Source: Gammaproteobacteria bacterium (GTDB lineage: Bacteria > Pseudomonadota > Gammaproteobacteria > Pseudomonadales > Halieaceae). From it: a stretch of DNA of 64,000 bases. Both the position numbers and the translations under genes were made by a program. Positions 8,148 through 15,940 of the stretch are shown here, piece after piece (positions within the stretch are counted from its first letter, which is position 1; every line of letters starts with the position of its first letter). The DNA lies in assembly GCA_003646405.1 (NCBI GenBank), contig QNFR01000002.1, positions 4,526 to 68,525 of the forward strand, written 5' to 3'. The notes beneath the pieces were generated by a model. It searched no databases. It was not told where the DNA came from and saw only the letters and a list, made by a program, of their open reading frames with translations.

Positions 8148-9218
8148 ATGATGAGTTTTGAAGTAACCATAGAGCCACTGGGCGTCACCATAGAGGTGGA
8201 GGAAGACCAGACTATCCTGGATGCGGCATTGCGACAGGGCGTGTATTTGCCGCACGCCTGTGGCCACGGCCTCTGTGGTACATGCAAAGTCGACGTTCTC
8301 GAAGGGGATATTGAAATAGGCGATGAAGCATCACCCTTTGCCCTGATGGATTTTGAGCGTGACGAAGGAAAATGCCTGACCTGTTGCAGCACACCATCAA
8401 GTGACCTGGTGATTGAGGCCGATGTCGAGGAAGAGCCCGATGCCGAAAACATTCCGGTCCGGGATTACACCGGCACAGTGGTTAAGCTGGAAAAACTAAC
8501 CCCCAGGATTCTGGGTGTTTTCCTGGAACTTGACGGCGATGGCCTGGAATTTCAATCGGGACAATATGCAAATCTGCATATCCCCGGACTCGATACACCC
8601 AGGCCTTTCTCTATGGCACAGTCACCCAATGAGAAAAATATTATCGAATTTGACATCACTCTGATCGAAGGCGGCGAAGGTACGACCTGGATTCACAAAA
8701 ACCTGAAGGTGGGAGATAAACTGGAATTCTCTGCTCCCTATGGGCATTTTTTCATTCGGGTATCCGACACAAAACCGGTACTTTTTTTCGCCGGGGGCTC
8801 GGGGTTATCCAGTCCGAAATCGATGATTCTGGATTTACTTGAAAGCAGAGACAAGCGGGAAATCATCTTGTTTCATGGCGCCAGAAACCTCAAGGAACTC
8901 TACTACAAGGACCTGTTTTGGTAGTTGGAGCGCCAGCACGACAACTTTACTTATGTCTCAGGCTTGTCCGGCCCGGATATAGAAGAGGACTGGGACGGCG
9001 GCACCGGTTTTGTGCACGATGTCGCTATCGATCATTTTTCCGGTAAGTTCGAGGATTACCGGGCCTATATGTGTGGTCCCCCACTGATGATCGATGCCTG
9101 TATCACCGCCTTGATGCGCGGTCGTGTATTTGAAAAAGACATGTTTATGGAAAAATTCTTTACTGCCGCCGATGGCGCTGCTGAAAAGAAGAGAAGCCCC
9201 TTGTTCAAGAATATCTAG
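8148..9218 (+). pseudogene. dmpP: phenol hydroxylase reductase P5 (DmpP-like, 2Fe-2S/FAD/NAD) with one in-frame TAG
   Basis: AAGGA RBS at 8139. Reads MSFEVTIEPLG.., CGHGLCGTCK (plant-type 2Fe-2S), RPFSMA, GGSGLSSP. TAG at 8922-8924 is followed in the same frame by ..HDNFTYV..YMCGPPLMIDA..FTAADGA..LFKNI. Confidence 0.85.
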
Positions 9219-9224
9219 CGCACT

Positions 9225-9569
9225 GTGTCGTCACACACTATCACCATTACCGACTCGGGAGAGGAGTACCGCTGCAAGGAAACACAACATCTTCTCGCGG
9301 GCATGATACAGTTGGGTAAAAAAGGCATTCCCGTGGGCTGCCGAGGTGGTGATTGTGGTGTTTGCAAAGTCAGAATTTTGCGTGGTTTGTACCAATCCAG
9401 CAAGATGAGCCGAGATCGTGTGACGGAGCAGGAGGAAAAGGCCGGAACAGTATTGGCATGCAGGGTGTTCCCGCGCTCCGATATTCGTTTGCAGGTAGTG
9501 GACCATCTCCATAAGGCGATAACAGTGGCAGATGATGGTTTTTTAGCACCGGTAAATCAGGAGAAGTAA
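9225..9569 (+). CDS. dmpQ: XylT/DmpQ-type [2Fe-2S] ferredoxin, apparently intact
   Basis: 114 aa with the motif [35 protein letters not shown] start with a weak RBS. Confidence 0.7.
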   Translation: MSSHTITITDSGEEYRCKETQHLLAGMIQLGKKGIPVGCRGGDCGVCKVRILRGLYQSSKMSRDRVTEQEEKAGTVLACRVFPRSDIRLQVVDHLHKAITVADDGFLAPVNQEK

Positions 9570-9570
9570 C

Positions 9571-9768
9571 ATGGCTATGACAGGTGTTTTGCGACCCGGA
9601 CACGTTCAGTTGCGTGTTCTCGATATGGAAGAATCCCTGGAGCATTATTGTAACAACATGGGATTGATAGAAACCGACCGCGATGATCAGGGGCGCGTGT
9701 ATTTAAAGTGCTGGGATGAACAGGATAAGTTTTCCGTCGTGCTGGAACCGTCTTGTCGCGCGGGATAA
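9571..9768 (+). pseudogene. dmpB: N-terminal ~60-codon stub of catechol 2,3-dioxygenase (XylE/DmpB)
   Basis: [54 protein letters not shown] matches the start of extradiol dioxygenases of ~307 aa. Homology stops near 9755 and a stop follows. AGGAG RBS is present. Confidence 0.85.
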
Positions 9769-9790
9769 CCAACCGGACAGTCACCGACGA

Positions 9791-10024
9791 CTACCTGAAC
9801 CAGTGGTCCAACTCGTCACCACCAAGTTCCTGCACAGCGTACTCGTTGAATTGTCGATAAACATTCCAATCATGAATTTTTTGAGCTGCCGACTCCGCAA
9901 GGTTTTCGTCCTGTAACTGTGCCTGGTATTTGTTGACCATTACATCGCTGTAATCATTACACTGGCCAAGAAAGGCAATGATAATGGATTTTTTTTCGAC
10001 CAGGGATATCGTACGTTGAGTCAT
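9791..10024 (-). CDS. hypothetical protein (77 aa)
   Basis: ORF only, with no domain I recognise. Sits at the right border of the eroded dmp island, divergent from ubiX. Confidence 0.35.
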   Translation of the reverse strand: MTQRTISLVEKKSIIIAFLGQCNDYSDVMVNKYQAQLQDENLAESAAQKIHDWNVYRQFNEYAVQELGGDELDHWFR

Positions 10025-10100
10025 TCAGCCCTCACCACATGTTGACGCTGCTTCTAATTGGGGATATGGTCACCCTCCTGAAAAAGAGCACTTAGCCCGC

Positions 10101-10679
10101 ATGAAAAAGAAAATCATTGTTGCCATTACCGGTGCAACAGGATCTGTCTATGGTACGCGGCTGCTTGAAATTCTGCAAACAATCGAAGAAGTGGAAAGCC
10201 ACCTGATACTGTCCGATGCCGGCGCGCTAACTGCGCGATATGAACTTGGCCTGGATAAAAAAACGATTGCGGCACTGGCCGATGTCACACACAGCCCCAA
10301 AGATATAGGCGCCACATTGTCCAGCGGCTCTTTCATCACCCACGGCATGATTATCGCACCGTGCTCTATGAAAACACTGGGCTCCATTGCCAATGGTATT
10401 GCGGATAATCTGGTGTCCAGAGCCGCTGATGTGGTGCTGAAAGAACGGCGCAAACTGGTTTTACTGGCGCGGGAAACACCACTTAATCTCATCCATCTCA
10501 GGAATATGACCACTCTGTCTGAAATGGGCGCCATCATCGCGCCGCCAGTACCGGCCTTTTATACACAACCCGAGTCGATAGATGATATTGTTAATCACAC
10601 CATTGGCCGCGTGCTGGACACGTTGGATATCGACCACGTAGATTACTCCAGGCGCTGGCAGGGCCTCGCGAAGCCCTGA
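10101..10679 (+). CDS. ubiX: flavin prenyltransferase UbiX
   Basis: 192 aa. N-terminal IIVAITGATGSVYG and the APCSMKTL motif are typical of UbiX/Pad1. Confidence 0.9.
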   Translation: MKKKIIVAITGATGSVYGTRLLEILQTIEEVESHLILSDAGALTARYELGLDKKTIAALADVTHSPKDIGATLSSGSFITHGMIIAPCSMKTLGSIANGIADNLVSRAADVVLKERRKLVLLARETPLNLIHLRNMTTLSEMGAIIAPPVPAFYTQPESIDDIVNHTIGRVLDTLDIDHVDYSRRWQGLAKP

Positions 10680-10707
10680 GTGCCCGCTCATACTGTAAGG
10701 AGGGAAT

Positions 10708-10733
10708 ATGTTAAGCAGACGCCTGCTTAACAT
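10708..10733. repeat. perfect palindrome ATGTTAAGCAG-ACGC-CTGCTTAACAT (11-bp stem, 4-nt loop)
   Basis: Read directly from the sequence. It begins with the ATG of the 63-aa ORF, so ORFs on both strands start MLSRRLLNI. Confidence 0.9.
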
Positions 10734-10899
10734 ATCCGCACTGGTCGCTCCATCGCACGCATTTCAGTTGGTGCTCAAGGGCACACAGGATGTACCGCTG
10801 CTGGTGTTTTCTGATGGCAAAGCGGTGAACTCACAAAACTTCATTGCCTATGTCAGGGATGACGTCACCGGCACTGAACTGGACATTGGCCAACACTAG
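10708..10899 (+). CDS. small hypothetical protein (63 aa), possible signal peptide
   Basis: Strong RBS TAAGGAGGG at 10696-10704, 3 nt before the ATG. The N-terminus [20 protein letters not shown] is signal-peptide-like. The 3' end overlaps the trhO stop by 4 nt (convergent). Confidence 0.45.
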   Translation: MLSRRLLNISALVAPSHAFQLVLKGTQDVPLLVFSDGKAVNSQNFIAYVRDDVTGTELDIGQH

Positions 10900-11855
10900 A
10901 GGTAACCCCCGGCCTGTTCCGGTTTGGAATTCTGGCGATCCGGGGGCGGCGCTCCCACATGCATTTCGCCGCGCTGTGCAGCCAGTTCGATCTGTTTCTG
11001 GCGCTCACTGAAACGAACCTTCTGATCAGGCGTCAGCCGGTCATAGCACAGCGGGCAGCACACGCCTTTCTCGTACTTGTCAGAGAGCTTGTCTTCTTCG
11101 GTAATGGGGTGACGACAGCCATAGCACTGATCGTACCGGCCTTTTTCTAATTTGTGATCCACCGCGACACGGTTATCAAACACAAAACACTCGCCCTCCC
11201 ATATACTCTCTTCGGGCGACACTTCCTCCAGGTATTTCAGGATACCGCCGCGCAGATGGTAGACCTCCTCAAAACCTTCATTAAGCATAAATGCCGACGC
11301 CTTCTCGCAGCGGATTCCACCCGTGCAGAACATAGCGACCTTCTTGTGTTTGTACGTATCCAGGTGACTGCGAACGTACTCAGGAAATTCGCGAAAGTTC
11401 CTGGTCCGGGGGTCCAGCGCACCCTTGAAGCTGCCTATACCGCACTCATAGTCGTTGCGCGTATCGATCAGCAACACATCCGGGTCGTTTACCAGAGCGT
11501 TCCAGTCCCGCGGTTTGACGTAGGTTCCCACGTGCAGATTGGGGTCGATACCAGTCACCCCCATGGTGACAATCTCTTTCTTGAGCTTGACCTTCATGCG
11601 GTAAAAAGGCATGCGGTCGTCGAAAGATTCCTTGTGATCCAGATCCGCGAGGCGCGGATCACGGCGCAGGTAGGCCAGCACCTGATTTATACTTTCTCTA
11701 CTACCAGCGATAGTGCCGTTAATGCCCTCCCGGGCCAGTAACAACGTACCCCGGATATCGGCCTCCAGACAGGCGTCCAGCAGTGGCTCACGCAACTCGT
11801 GAAAATCTTCCAGGGTGACGAACTTGTAAAGCGCTGCCACCACCACATCGCTCAT
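10896..11855 (-). CDS. trhO: rhodanese-domain tRNA uridine(34) hydroxylase TrhO (YceA/UPF0176)
   Basis: Starting from the internal ATG at 11855: [17 protein letters not shown].., rhodanese active-site loop CTGGIRCE, C-terminal Cys-rich region. The upstream 67 codons of the long ORF overlap the bolA-family gene and look non-coding. Confidence 0.85.
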   Translation of the reverse strand: MSDVVVAALYKFVTLEDFHELREPLLDACLEADIRGTLLLAREGINGTIAGSRESINQVLAYLRRDPRLADLDHKESFDDRMPFYRMKVKLKKEIVTMGVTGIDPNLHVGTYVKPRDWNALVNDPDVLLIDTRNDYECGIGSFKGALDPRTRNFREFPEYVRSHLDTYKHKKVAMFCTGGIRCEKASAFMLNEGFEEVYHLRGGILKYLEEVSPEESIWEGECFVFDNRVAVDHKLEKGRYDQCYGCRHPITEEDKLSDKYEKGVCCPLCYDRLTPDQKVRFSERQKQIELAAQRGEMHVGAPPPDRQNSKPEQAGGYL

Positions 11856-11862
11856 GCCAGTG

Positions 11863-12180
11863 TCAGTCAACTTTGCTACCGCCGCGACATTCGGGCGACA
11901 CGGGTGCGTCCTGTTGGCGTTGGTGCCACTCATCCGCAGTGTAAGTGTGCAGCGCCAGTGCATGCACCGGCCCCTCAAGCTGGGCGTTAAGCACCGCGTA
12001 AACCTGCTGGTGCCGCGCCACCTTGCGTCTGCCGTCAAAGCTGTCGCTGACCACAATCACCCGAAAGTGGGTTTCGGAATTGGGCGGCACACTGTGTTGG
12101 TGGCTCTCATTGGCCACATCCAGGAATAACGGATTGAGCTGCGCCTTGAGCTGCTGCTCGATTTCTTGTTGCACGGTCAT
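11863..12180 (-). CDS. BolA-family protein
   Basis: 105 aa from ATG 12180. Reads [40 protein letters not shown], the BolA fold motif. Confidence 0.75.
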   Translation of the reverse strand: MTVQQEIEQQLKAQLNPLFLDVANESHQHSVPPNSETHFRVIVVSDSFDGRRKVARHQQVYAVLNAQLEGPVHALALHTYTADEWHQRQQDAPVSPECRGGSKVD

Positions 12181-12411
12181 GTTGGCTTCCGTAAAAAATA
12201 CTCCGTGTAACGTGTTGATCCCTGGCGCCCGGGGCCTGCGCCGCATTATCGGGTATTTCACACCGGGAGGCGGATTATAACCAAGGACCGGCTACGGTAA
12301 CAACCTGGGTGGTCAGTCCTCCGGGCGCCGGCTACCCGCGCGGAACACGGGACAAGACCCACGCGTTAGTAATGCGTATACTCTACTGAGTAATATAATG
12401 AGATCCGGCCT

Positions 12412-13230
12412 ATGGCAACGCGTTACAACGTTTATTTCGCCGGTCAGTTGCTGGAAGGTCAGGAACTGACCAGTGTCCGTGACAAACTGGCCAAACTGTT
12501 CAACGCAGACCAACAGACCCTGGACAAGCTGTTCAGTGGTAAGGCCCAGCTGCTCAAACGGGAGTGCGACAAGGCCACCGCTGTGAAGTACAAAGAGGCC
12601 ATGGAGCGAGCCGGCGCCCAGCCGATCATTAAAGCCAGCCAGCCGGCAGCCGCGGAGGAGTCCCCGCAGCCAACACCCGTACCTGAAAAGACCCTGAGCG
12701 CAGCCCAGAGAATTGCCGCGCTGGCAGCGGCCCCGGATGAAGGCGGCTATTCCTCGGAGCATTCCTCAACCAGCGCCGCTGAGCAACAGCCGACAGCTGA
12801 CCGGGAGGGGATAAACCTGGCTCCAGCGGGCACCGATGTCCTGCGTGAAGATGAGCGCAACGAGCCCGTCATCCGCGAGGTAGATACGGCAGGTCTCGCG
12901 GTAGACGCCACCGCGCAGCGACTGTCGGAAGAACCGCCGCCACCACCAATGGCGCCCGATACAAGCCACCTGGACATGGGCGATGTGGGGGAAACGATTC
13001 CTAACCTGCCTGCGGACCAGGTCCCGCTCTCACCCAATACGGATGCCATAGGCCTGTCTCCCCGGGGTACTGATTTCACCGACTGCGCGCCCCTTGAGGC
13101 CGAGGCACCTCCGCTGGACCTCTCAGGCATGGATCTGGCACCTGCCGGTATGGATGTACTGGAAGAAAGGTACCGCAAAAAAGAACTGGCCGAGGCGCCA
13201 TCCATTGATCATATCTCCCTGGAAGAGTGA
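12412..13230 (+). CDS. hypothetical acidic Pro/Ala-rich protein with internal short repeats
   Basis: 272-aa ORF. Compact N-terminal ~75 aa, then low complexity with the repeated motif L(A/S)P(A/R)G(T/M)D(V/F) (INLAPAGTDVL, GLSPRGTDF, MDLAPAGMDVL). Directly upstream of the RDD gene. Confidence 0.55.
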   Translation: MATRYNVYFAGQLLEGQELTSVRDKLAKLFNADQQTLDKLFSGKAQLLKRECDKATAVKYKEAMERAGAQPIIKASQPAAAEESPQPTPVPEKTLSAAQRIAALAAAPDEGGYSSEHSSTSAAEQQPTADREGINLAPAGTDVLREDERNEPVIREVDTAGLAVDATAQRLSEEPPPPPMAPDTSHLDMGDVGETIPNLPADQVPLSPNTDAIGLSPRGTDFTDCAPLEAEAPPLDLSGMDLAPAGMDVLEERYRKKELAEAPSIDHISLEE

Positions 13231-13269
13231 TTAAGGCAGTACAACCCTGACCTGCAGCCCGGATTATTA

Positions 13270-13749
13270 TTGCCCGCCATGACCGACAGCACACCCAAAC
13301 CATCCCCCTTTTTATTGCGGCGACTGGCCGCAATGGTGTACGACACCCTGCTGGTTCTACCGCTGATTATGGCCAGCGTAGCCCTGTTTATGGGAGCCCG
13401 TACGCTGTTATGGGGGCCGGCAGTCGACGCTACGACGGCGCAGCTGAATGCCAATATAGTGCGCCTGGTCGCCCTGGTCTGCACCACCGGTTTTTTTTGC
13501 GCCTTCTGGGTGAAGAGCGGCCAGACCCTGGGGATGCAGGCCTGGCGCATCAAGCTGGTAAACTTCTCCGGTAAAACCCCAAATACCAGGCAGGGCGTGA
13601 TGCGCTGCCTGGCGGCGGTATTGTCGGCTGCCTGTCTCGGCCTGGGCTATCTGTGGTGCCTTATCGATCGCAATGGCCGGTACTGGCACGATTACCTGTC
13701 CGGGACAGAGCTGATTCTGCTACCCAAGCGTGGGAGAAAGAAAAAATAA
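13270..13749 (+). CDS. RDD-family membrane protein
   Basis: 159 aa. LRRLAAMVYDTLLV.. start, three hydrophobic segments and a basic tail, as in RDD domain proteins. Confidence 0.7.
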   Translation: MPAMTDSTPKPSPFLLRRLAAMVYDTLLVLPLIMASVALFMGARTLLWGPAVDATTAQLNANIVRLVALVCTTGFFCAFWVKSGQTLGMQAWRIKLVNFSGKTPNTRQGVMRCLAAVLSAACLGLGYLWCLIDRNGRYWHDYLSGTELILLPKRGRKKK

Positions 13750-13922
13750 AGGGCGGATAACCGAATTAAACCAGAACAATCAAAAGGGTTAGAGAGCCTG
13801 CCTCGAATAACAATTAGTTAAGGCGAAAGTGGCTTCATCCCGCCGCTCGCGATTTTTTTAAGTTTAGTTTGACCGCCGTCCGTCATACACTATCGCAGAT
13901 GAAAAACAATGAAGGAAATCCC

Positions 13923-15416
13923 ATGACCGCCATTACTTTTACCGCGCGCAATGTGAGCGATGCCGCCAGAGCTACCTGCCAATGTACCGTACTGCCCGTG
14001 TTCACCCGCAAAAGGCTGTCCCGCGCGGCGCAGCAACTGGACGAGGCGTCCTCTGGCGCGATCAAAGCCGCCCTTGCGCTGGGTGACTTCTGTGGAAAAT
14101 CCGGTGAAACCCTGATGCTACCCGGTGCCGGTGGCGCCAGGCGTTTGCTACTGGTGGGCTGTGGCGACCTGAAAAAATTCGACCGAGCGGCTGCGCGAGA
14201 ATTCAGTCAGGCGACGTATGCCGCCCTCAACACCACTGCGGCGAAGGATGCCATGCTGCACACGGCGGACCTGGAACTTAAAGACGGCGACCCCAAATGG
14301 CTGCTGGCTTACCTGGCCCGCCACCTTACCACTGCCGCTTATCGCTATACCGAGACCTTAAGCAAGCCGCAGGCACCCATGAAACTGACGCGCGTGGTGC
14401 TCAACACCGGTGGCGCTATCCCTACCCGGGCGGCACAGCATGCCCTGGACCAGGGCGTGGGCACAGGCCTGGGTGTTAACGATGCCCGCAATCTGGCCAA
14501 TCTGCCGGGTAATATCTGTACTCCCACCTACCTGGCGCAACAGGCGCGCAAACTGTCCCGGGGCAACAGCAAGTTCAACGTCAGTGTGCTGGAAGAAAAA
14601 AACATGAAAGAGCTGGGGATGGGCTCTCTGTTATCCGTAACAGCGGGCAGCGACCAGCCGGCGAAACTGATCGTGATGAACTACAAGGGTGGCAAAAGCG
14701 GACAAAAGCCCTACGTGCTTGTGGGTAAGGGTATTACTTTCGACAGCGGTGGTATTTCCCTGAAGCCCGGTGCCAAAATGGACGAGATGAAGTTCGACAT
14801 GGGCGGCGCCGCCAGCGTCTTGGGCACCATGCGCGCGATCACTGAAATGGAATTGCCACTCAATGTGGTGGCCATCATCGCCGCTGCCGAGAATATGCCC
14901 AGCGGCGGAGCCACCAAACCCGGAGATGTGGTGACCAGTATGTCCGGCAAGACTATCGAGGTACTCAACACCGACGCCGAAGGGCGCCTGGTACTGTGTG
15001 ACGCCCTCACTTACGCCGAGCGTTTCAAACCCCGGGCGGTGATCGATATCGCCACCCTGACCGGTGCCTGTGTGGTGGCCCTGGGCTCTCATGCCACGGG
15101 CTTGTACGCCAACCAGGACAAGCTGGCGGAGCAATTATTGGCAGCAGGCACGGACAGCCACGACCGGGCCTGGCGCATGCCCCTGTGGGATGACTACAAA
15201 AAACAACTCAAGAGCAACTTCGCCGACCTGGGCAATATCGGCAGCCCCGGCGGCGGCAGTATCACCGCCGCCTGTTTCCTGGCGCAGTTTGCCCAGAAGT
15301 ACCACTGGGCCCACCTGGATATTGCCGGCTCGGCCTGGAACAGCGCACCCAAGGGTGCAACCGGGCGACCGGTGGCTCTGCTGACCCGCTACCTGATGGA
15401 CAGAGCGGGCAAATAA
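13923..15416 (+). CDS. pepA: leucyl aminopeptidase (M17)
   Basis: ATG 13923 follows AAGGAA. Signature NTDAEGRLVLCDAL and GKGITFDSGG. pepA-holC-valS synteny. Confidence 0.9.
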   Translation: MTAITFTARNVSDAARATCQCTVLPVFTRKRLSRAAQQLDEASSGAIKAALALGDFCGKSGETLMLPGAGGARRLLLVGCGDLKKFDRAAAREFSQATYAALNTTAAKDAMLHTADLELKDGDPKWLLAYLARHLTTAAYRYTETLSKPQAPMKLTRVVLNTGGAIPTRAAQHALDQGVGTGLGVNDARNLANLPGNICTPTYLAQQARKLSRGNSKFNVSVLEEKNMKELGMGSLLSVTAGSDQPAKLIVMNYKGGKSGQKPYVLVGKGITFDSGGISLKPGAKMDEMKFDMGGAASVLGTMRAITEMELPLNVVAIIAAAENMPSGGATKPGDVVTSMSGKTIEVLNTDAEGRLVLCDALTYAERFKPRAVIDIATLTGACVVALGSHATGLYANQDKLAEQLLAAGTDSHDRAWRMPLWDDYKKQLKSNFADLGNIGSPGGGSITAACFLAQFAQKYHWAHLDIAGSAWNSAPKGATGRPVALLTRYLMDRAGK

Positions 15417-15420
15417 AGCG

Positions 15421-15840
15421 ATGACCCGTGTCGGCTTTTACGTGGTACAGGCCACCGACCAGGACCAGCGACTGCAGGTGGCCGTGCGACTGACCGACAA
15501 GGCCTTCCAGCAGGGTCACCGTATTTTTATCAACGCCGTCGATGAAGCGCAGGCCCGTACGCTGGACGAGTTACTGTGGAGCTACCGGCCTGCCAGTTTC
15601 CTGCCTCACGGCCTGCATGGCCAGGAGCACTCCGACACCATCGCCATCGGCTGGGGCCAGGACCCAGACCAGCACAACGACCTGCTGATCAATCTGCAAT
15701 TGGACATCCCGCTATTTTTCAGCCGCTTCGCGCGGGTGGCCGAGGTAGTCACTCAGGACCCCGCCAGCCTGCAGGCACTGCGCGAATCCTGGAAATTCTA
15801 TAAAGAGCGTGGCTATCAACTGGAAAAGCACGACCTGTAG
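15421..15840 (+). CDS. holC: DNA polymerase III chi subunit
   Basis: 139 aa, FYV...... pattern at the N-terminus, located between pepA and valS as is conserved in gammaproteobacteria. Confidence 0.8.
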   Translation: MTRVGFYVVQATDQDQRLQVAVRLTDKAFQQGHRIFINAVDEAQARTLDELLWSYRPASFLPHGLHGQEHSDTIAIGWGQDPDQHNDLLINLQLDIPLFFSRFARVAEVVTQDPASLQALRESWKFYKERGYQLEKHDL

Positions 15841-15940
15841 CCCGGTCAGGGTTTGGCGCGTATAATCGCGCCCCTGGCAAGCCCGCGATACGCGGACCCG
15901 AACCACCACCTACTATTATACTCCCCGGATTCCGTAACTG

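Noticed and set aside
6501-8924. The two in-frame TAG codons as programmed recoding (amber suppression or pyrrolysine-like).
   Set aside because: They occur only in a cluster that also carries frameshifts and large deletions. There are no pyl genes or suppressor tRNA in the window. Other genes in the window appear to use TAG as an ordinary stop (e.g. the dmpL end at 7287-7289 and the adaptor end at 49202-49204). Simple nonsense mutations are the parsimonious reading.
3066-9768. The dmp remnant region as a mobile genomic island or transposon.
   Set aside because: No integrase, transposase, tRNA attachment site or flanking direct/inverted repeats could be identified by eye. Horizontal origin remains possible but is unsupported here.
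10708-10733. The palindrome as a GacA/UvrY box (TGTAAG-N6-CTTACA) driving an Rsm/Csr-type sRNA, since several A(N)GGA motifs occur at 10780-10870. Also considered as the ubiX terminator.
   Set aside because: Half-site sequence and spacing differ from the GacA box (TGTTAAGC-N8-GCTTAACA). The downstream region is a well-initiated ORF with a strong RBS, and no terminator ends the putative sRNA. As a terminator it lacks a U run.
11856-12056. The N-terminal 67-codon extension of the trhO ORF. Similar upstream extensions occur in the ORF-track entries for pepA, the bolA-family gene, the AraC gene, the APH-like gene, alr, DUF1445 and the CoA-transferase at 37864.
   Set aside because: The extensions overlap neighbouring genes or lack homology. 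Internal ATG/GTG codons preceded by GGAG-type RBS coincide with the start of family homology.
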